From Halomicronema hongdechloris C2206 (lineage in GTDB: Bacteria; Cyanobacteriota; Cyanobacteriia; Phormidesmidales; Phormidesmidaceae): 32,000 bases of DNA. The notes below the pieces were generated by a model. That model was not told the DNA's origin, did no database searches, and saw only the letters and a program-made list of their open reading frames with translations. Location: NCBI RefSeq assembly GCF_002075285.3, contig NZ_CP021983.2:4800001-4832000 (forward strand), written 5' to 3'. The position numbers and the translations under genes were made by a program. How positions within the stretch are numbered: the stretch's first letter is position 1; each line of letters starts with the position of its first letter. Below, in pieces: positions 28,736 to 32,000 of the stretch.

Positions 28736-30101
28736 TAACACGTTCATTACTGGGCGTGACCAGGAATCCACTGGTTTTGCCTGGTGGGCTGGTAACGCCC
28801 GTTTGATTAACTTGTCTGGTAAGTTGTTGGGTGCCCATGTCGCCCATGCCGGTCTGATTGTGTTTTGGGCCGGAGCCATGACTCTGTTTGAGGTGGCTCA
28901 CTTTATCCCTGAGAAGCCTCTCTACGAGCAAGGTTTTATCCTGATCCCTCACCTGGCCACCCTAGGTTGGGGTGTGGGTCCTGGTGGTGAAATCATAGAC
29001 ACCTTCCCCTACTTCGTCGTTGGCGTGCTGCACTTGGTGTCTTCTGCCGTATTAGGGCTTGGGGGCATCTACCACGCCGTACGTGGCCCTGAGACGTTGG
29101 AAGAATATTCCGCGTTCTTCGGCTATGACTGGAAAGATAAGAACAAGATGACCACTATCATCGGTATCCACTTGGTCCTGCTGGGATGTGGAGCGCTGTT
29201 GCTGGTGCTAAAAGCTTGTGTATTTGGTGGAGTCTATGACTCTTGGGCTCCTGGCGGTGGAGATGTGCGGATCATCACCAACCCCACCCTGAATCCAGCC
29301 AAGATCTTAGGCTATCTGACCGATACTCCCTTTGGGGGTAAGGGCTGGATCATCGGTGTCGACAACATGGAAGACATCATCGGGGGTCATATCTGGATTG
29401 CCCTTATCTGCATTGCTGGCGGTGTTTGGCATATTCTGACTAAGCCCTTCGGCTGGGCTCGTCGAGCTCTAATCTGGTCTGGAGAGGCCTATCTTTCCTA
29501 CAGCTTGGGGGCGCTCTCTCTGATGGGTTTCATTGCCGCTTTCTATGTTTGGTTCAACAACACTGCCTATCCCAGTGAATTCTACGGACCGACTAATGCG
29601 GAAGCTTCCCAGGCCCAAGCCTTTACCTTCCTAGTGCGTGATATGCGCTTAGGGGCTAACATCGGCGCCGCTCAAGGCCCCACCGGACTGGGTAAATATT
29701 TGATGCGCTCTCCCACTGGCGAGATCATCTTCGGGGGTGAGACCATGCGCTTCTGGGACTTTAAAGGTCCTTGGCTAGAACCCTTGCGGGGTCCCAATGG
29801 TCTAGATCTCGATAAGATTCAGAACGACGTTCAAAATTGGCAAGTACGGCGTGCGGCTGAGTACATGACTCACGCCCCTAACGCCTCCATCAACTCCGTG
29901 GGTGGCATTATCACTGAGATCAACTCAGTGAACTTCGTGAACCCCCGGCAGTGGCTAGCCACTTCTCACTTCGTTCTTGCCTTCTTCTTCCTGGTTGGTC
30001 ACCTTTGGCACGCCGGTCGGGCTCGGGCTTCGGCAGCCGGGTTTGAGAAGGGCATCGAGCGTGAGACAGAACCCGTGCTGGCCATGGGCGATATCGACTA
30101 A
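28719..30101 (+). CDS. psbC: Photosystem II CP43 chlorophyll apoprotein
   Basis: [39 protein letters not shown]...[10 protein letters not shown]...[11 protein letters not shown] prefer the GTG start at 28719, inside the psbD 3' end (17-nt overlap), as is usual. The track's TTG at 28692 adds 9 non-conserved residues. Confidence 0.96.
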   Translation: MVTLSSNTFITGRDQESTGFAWWAGNARLINLSGKLLGAHVAHAGLIVFWAGAMTLFEVAHFIPEKPLYEQGFILIPHLATLGWGVGPGGEIIDTFPYFVVGVLHLVSSAVLGLGGIYHAVRGPETLEEYSAFFGYDWKDKNKMTTIIGIHLVLLGCGALLLVLKACVFGGVYDSWAPGGGDVRIITNPTLNPAKILGYLTDTPFGGKGWIIGVDNMEDIIGGHIWIALICIAGGVWHILTKPFGWARRALIWSGEAYLSYSLGALSLMGFIAAFYVWFNNTAYPSEFYGPTNAEASQAQAFTFLVRDMRLGANIGAAQGPTGLGKYLMRSPTGEIIFGGETMRFWDFKGPWLEPLRGPNGLDLDKIQNDVQNWQVRRAAEYMTHAPNASINSVGGIITEINSVNFVNPRQWLATSHFVLAFFFLVGHLWHAGRARASAAGFEKGIERETEPVLAMGDID

Positions 30102-30132
30102 GCGCTAGCTTTGGTCCTGAAAATACCTTCGC

Positions 30133-30168
30133 ACAGCCTCGGCCTAAGACGCCGGGGCTGTTTTCTTT
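30133..30168 (+). terminator. Rho-independent terminator of psbDC
   Basis: Stem acagcctcggc (30133-30143) / gccggggctgt (30151-30161) with one G-U pair, followed by tttcttt. Confidence 0.7.
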
Positions 30169-30351
30169 AGGCGGCTGTCAATAACTCCACTAAATCGGCT
30201 TTCTTTAACTTTGATATTCCCTCTTGACTCAGTATTCTGGGCAAGGGCAGCATGACCCGGAATTAAATGCGATCGCACTGTTAGCCGTCGACCAAGACCT
30301 TGCTCTCTCAACCGATGGCCCTCCTTACAGCAGTTCTCGATCCAGTAGGCC

Positions 30352-32000
30352 CTAACTCATATGTAGACGAAAGAAAAGTTCTCTGATCAGATAGTTACGT
30401 CTCGTCTCGATGGAGATGTCTGAATCATCAGAATTGCGGTAGCTCAATATTGTGTGTTTTGCCTGCTCTAAATAACCGGCGATATGTCCGTTATAACGCT
30501 TCTGTCTACGGATAAGTGCTCTGAGGTGATTTGAGTCTTCTAGAAGTTGAGCACTGTACAGTTTAGCAAGCAGCACCTCAGCGTTATTATTCAGAGATAT
30601 ACACTCTTCCGGCTCTGCCGTATAGGCACATAACACCATAGAGGCAGCTGCAAATACTTTTCCTAAATCAGCGATTTCGGTAATCCGACGCGGGTATAAG
30701 TCACGAATAGACCTTACTTCTGGAGGAATATCCATAGAAACTTCCTCCTCGGCATCATCACTATTCAGCACTCGACTAATGTAAAATAGGCGTTCCCTAT
30801 CTCGCTTGTCTTTTCGAATTCTGCACCCTTCTTCTGCAATTCCCCAAGCCATGTTGAATAAACGAATCGAATGCTGTAATTTGGCTCGCCAATCAATGTC
30901 TTCTTCCGGTGACGAAATTTCCTCTTCTGTGGATGAGTTCTCTAAGCTAAACTCCTCAGAGTCGTTACTGCATAACATATATAGACCACGGGCAAAAAAT
31001 AAGTAGCATGCATTGCTTCCAAATAGATATATTGTCCGCTCAGGATGATTGGGAGATAACTTCGGTAAGCGTTCTGGATCAATGGCCAGCAATGACATAT
31101 CTAGTGCTAGCAACCCCTGCAAGTGGCGACTTGATGAATCTTGTTGATTTCCCCGAAATTCAAAGATGGCCGGGATCTTCTGTATAAGGTAGAAGCCAAA
31201 TTTATCCTGATCATCTCTAGGAAGTCCGCTTTTCTCTTTGATCTGATAATAGTATCGCCTACCAGCATCGGCATAGCTAATGAGGGCGTGATTTCTTAGT
31301 GTCCTAGCCCATTTGAGACAGCTCTCAGGCGAGAGATTGCCTAGCTGTCTAGACGATCTAAGGTCTTCTGGCTCAGCATAAGCCGCGATCAAATGCACCC
31401 AACATTGCATGGCGGCATAACAGGCATAGACCTCGCCTTCCCCATTGGCAGCCCCGTAGAGTCTAGCCTTTTCTGTCAGATAGATACGGCCCCAATGAAT
31501 CGAGGCTTCTATCCGGGTTCGGCCGAAGGTATTATCAGTGGGTAGGTGCTCATTATCTAGTGGCACAAGCTGAGGGAAAAATAACATCAGTTTGGCCCTC
31601 AGAGAGGCAATTTTTCCTAATAAAAGGTAGTGTGGGTGGAAAATTCCTTGAGAAACCTCATTAATAGCAACATATTTCCCCAAGCGGATACGAACGTGAG
31701 TGTGAGCCTGATTGAGTACTTCCCATGCTCGCAGAACAAGTCCTTCACGATTGACATTGCTAGGACAACCAGGCGGTAAATAATGATCTGAAGTATCCGC
31801 TGTGTCATACAGATAGTAATACTCTGCCAAGCACAACAAATAGCGAATGATTAATGCTCCTGAAAAAATCTCGAAGTTGTCGAGTTCAGGTCGATTAATG
31901 TTGAGCCCCTGATTGACAAAATCATCTAATACTCTTAAGCGTTTTAAGTGTCTATAGGCTTGACGATAAAGCCCTTCGGCAAGTAACGCTTCTGTAATCG
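30352..32000 (-). CDS. Large hypothetical protein, AT-rich, N-terminus beyond the window edge (at least 548 aa visible)
   Basis: Track ORF 30352..31839 starts at a TTG. Reading the minus strand by hand from 32000 gives ITEALLAEGLYRQAYRHLKRLRVLDDFVNQGLNINRPELDNFEIFSGALIIRYL directly in frame with no stop. No family motif recognised. GC is about 40-45% in the lines I counted. Confidence 0.6.
   Translation of the reverse strand, partial: ITEALLAEGLYRQAYRHLKRLRVLDDFVNQGLNINRPELDNFEIFSGALIIRYLLCLAEYYYLYDTADTSDHYLPPGCPSNVNREGLVLRAWEVLNQAHTHVRIRLGKYVAINEVSQGIFHPHYLLLGKIASLRAKLMLFFPQLVPLDNEHLPTDNTFGRTRIEASIHWGRIYLTEKARLYGAANGEGEVYACYAAMQCWVHLIAAYAEPEDLRSSRQLGNLSPESCLKWARTLRNHALISYADAGRRYYYQIKEKSGLPRDDQDKFGFYLIQKIPAIFEFRGNQQDSSSRHLQGLLALDMSLLAIDPERLPKLSPNHPERTIYLFGSNACYLFFARGLYMLCSNDSEEFSLENSSTEEEISSPEEDIDWRAKLQHSIRLFNMAWGIAEEGCRIRKDKRDRERLFYISRVLNSDDAEEEVSMDIPPEVRSIRDLYPRRITEIADLGKVFAAASMVLCAYTAEPEECISLNNNAEVLLAKLYSAQLLEDSNHLRALIRRQKRYNGHIAGYLEQAKHTILSYRNSDDSDISIETRRNYLIRELFFRLHMS

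Noticed and set aside
28485-28952. 155-aa and 112-aa minus-strand ORFs
   Set aside because: They are antisense to the psbD-psbC overlap region and are shadow ORFs.
27677-30101. Possible specialised (for example far-red-light) psbD/psbC paralogues, because several residues differ from the canonical sequences I remember
   Set aside because: Key residues (the CP43 GGETMRFWD region, the D2 His/Glu contexts) are canonical. The neighbours (ycf4, an orphan ORF) are not those of a FaRLiP cluster. The divergence looks like normal lineage variation.
30484-30510. HEPN-like R-x6-H motif (RQKRYNGH) near the C-terminus of the AT-rich orphan ORF
   Set aside because: A single short pattern in a 548-aa sequence is expected by chance. 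The surrounding context does not match the usual RN-x3-H HEPN signature.

Overview
The window is a cyanobacterial chromosome segment. Support for this: psbD-psbC with the typical overlap, ycf4, and 19 copies of the HIP1 octamer GCGATCGC counted by eye. GC is about 55-65% in the core genes I hand-counted. Core genes are pnp (5'-truncated by the window edge), ilvC, a small transaldolase, ftsH, an M23 peptidase, two cyclophilins, a murT-gatD pair, a small Rieske protein, ycf4 and psbDC. An accessory stretch lies between ilvC and the first cyclophilin (~6.5-17.8 kb). It holds five Uma2 (DUF820) endonuclease-family loci, of which two are frameshifted and one is truncated. It also holds a Vat/XAT acetyltransferase, a small LRR protein and decayed remnants of ASCH, a nucleotidyltransferase and MazF next to an intact antitoxin. 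It further holds an orphan MNT-like nucleotidyltransferase and a 1421-aa exported TPR-CHAT (caspase-like) protein whose TPR part is much more AT-rich than its CHAT part. A DUF4058 gene sits head-to-head with a decayed paralogue near the 5' end. The window ends in an AT-rich orphan ORF of at least 548 aa with no motif I recognise, which runs off the edge downstream of psbC. This is my best candidate for something undescribed, but its N-terminus and neighbours are not visible. I saw no CRISPR array, tRNA, rRNA or transposase. Six reading-frame breaks in five genes (pnp tail, Rieske, a KAS gene twice, two Uma2 genes) fall mostly in short C/G runs. Pseudogene calls may therefore partly reflect assembly indels. 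ORF-track coordinates include the stop codon.
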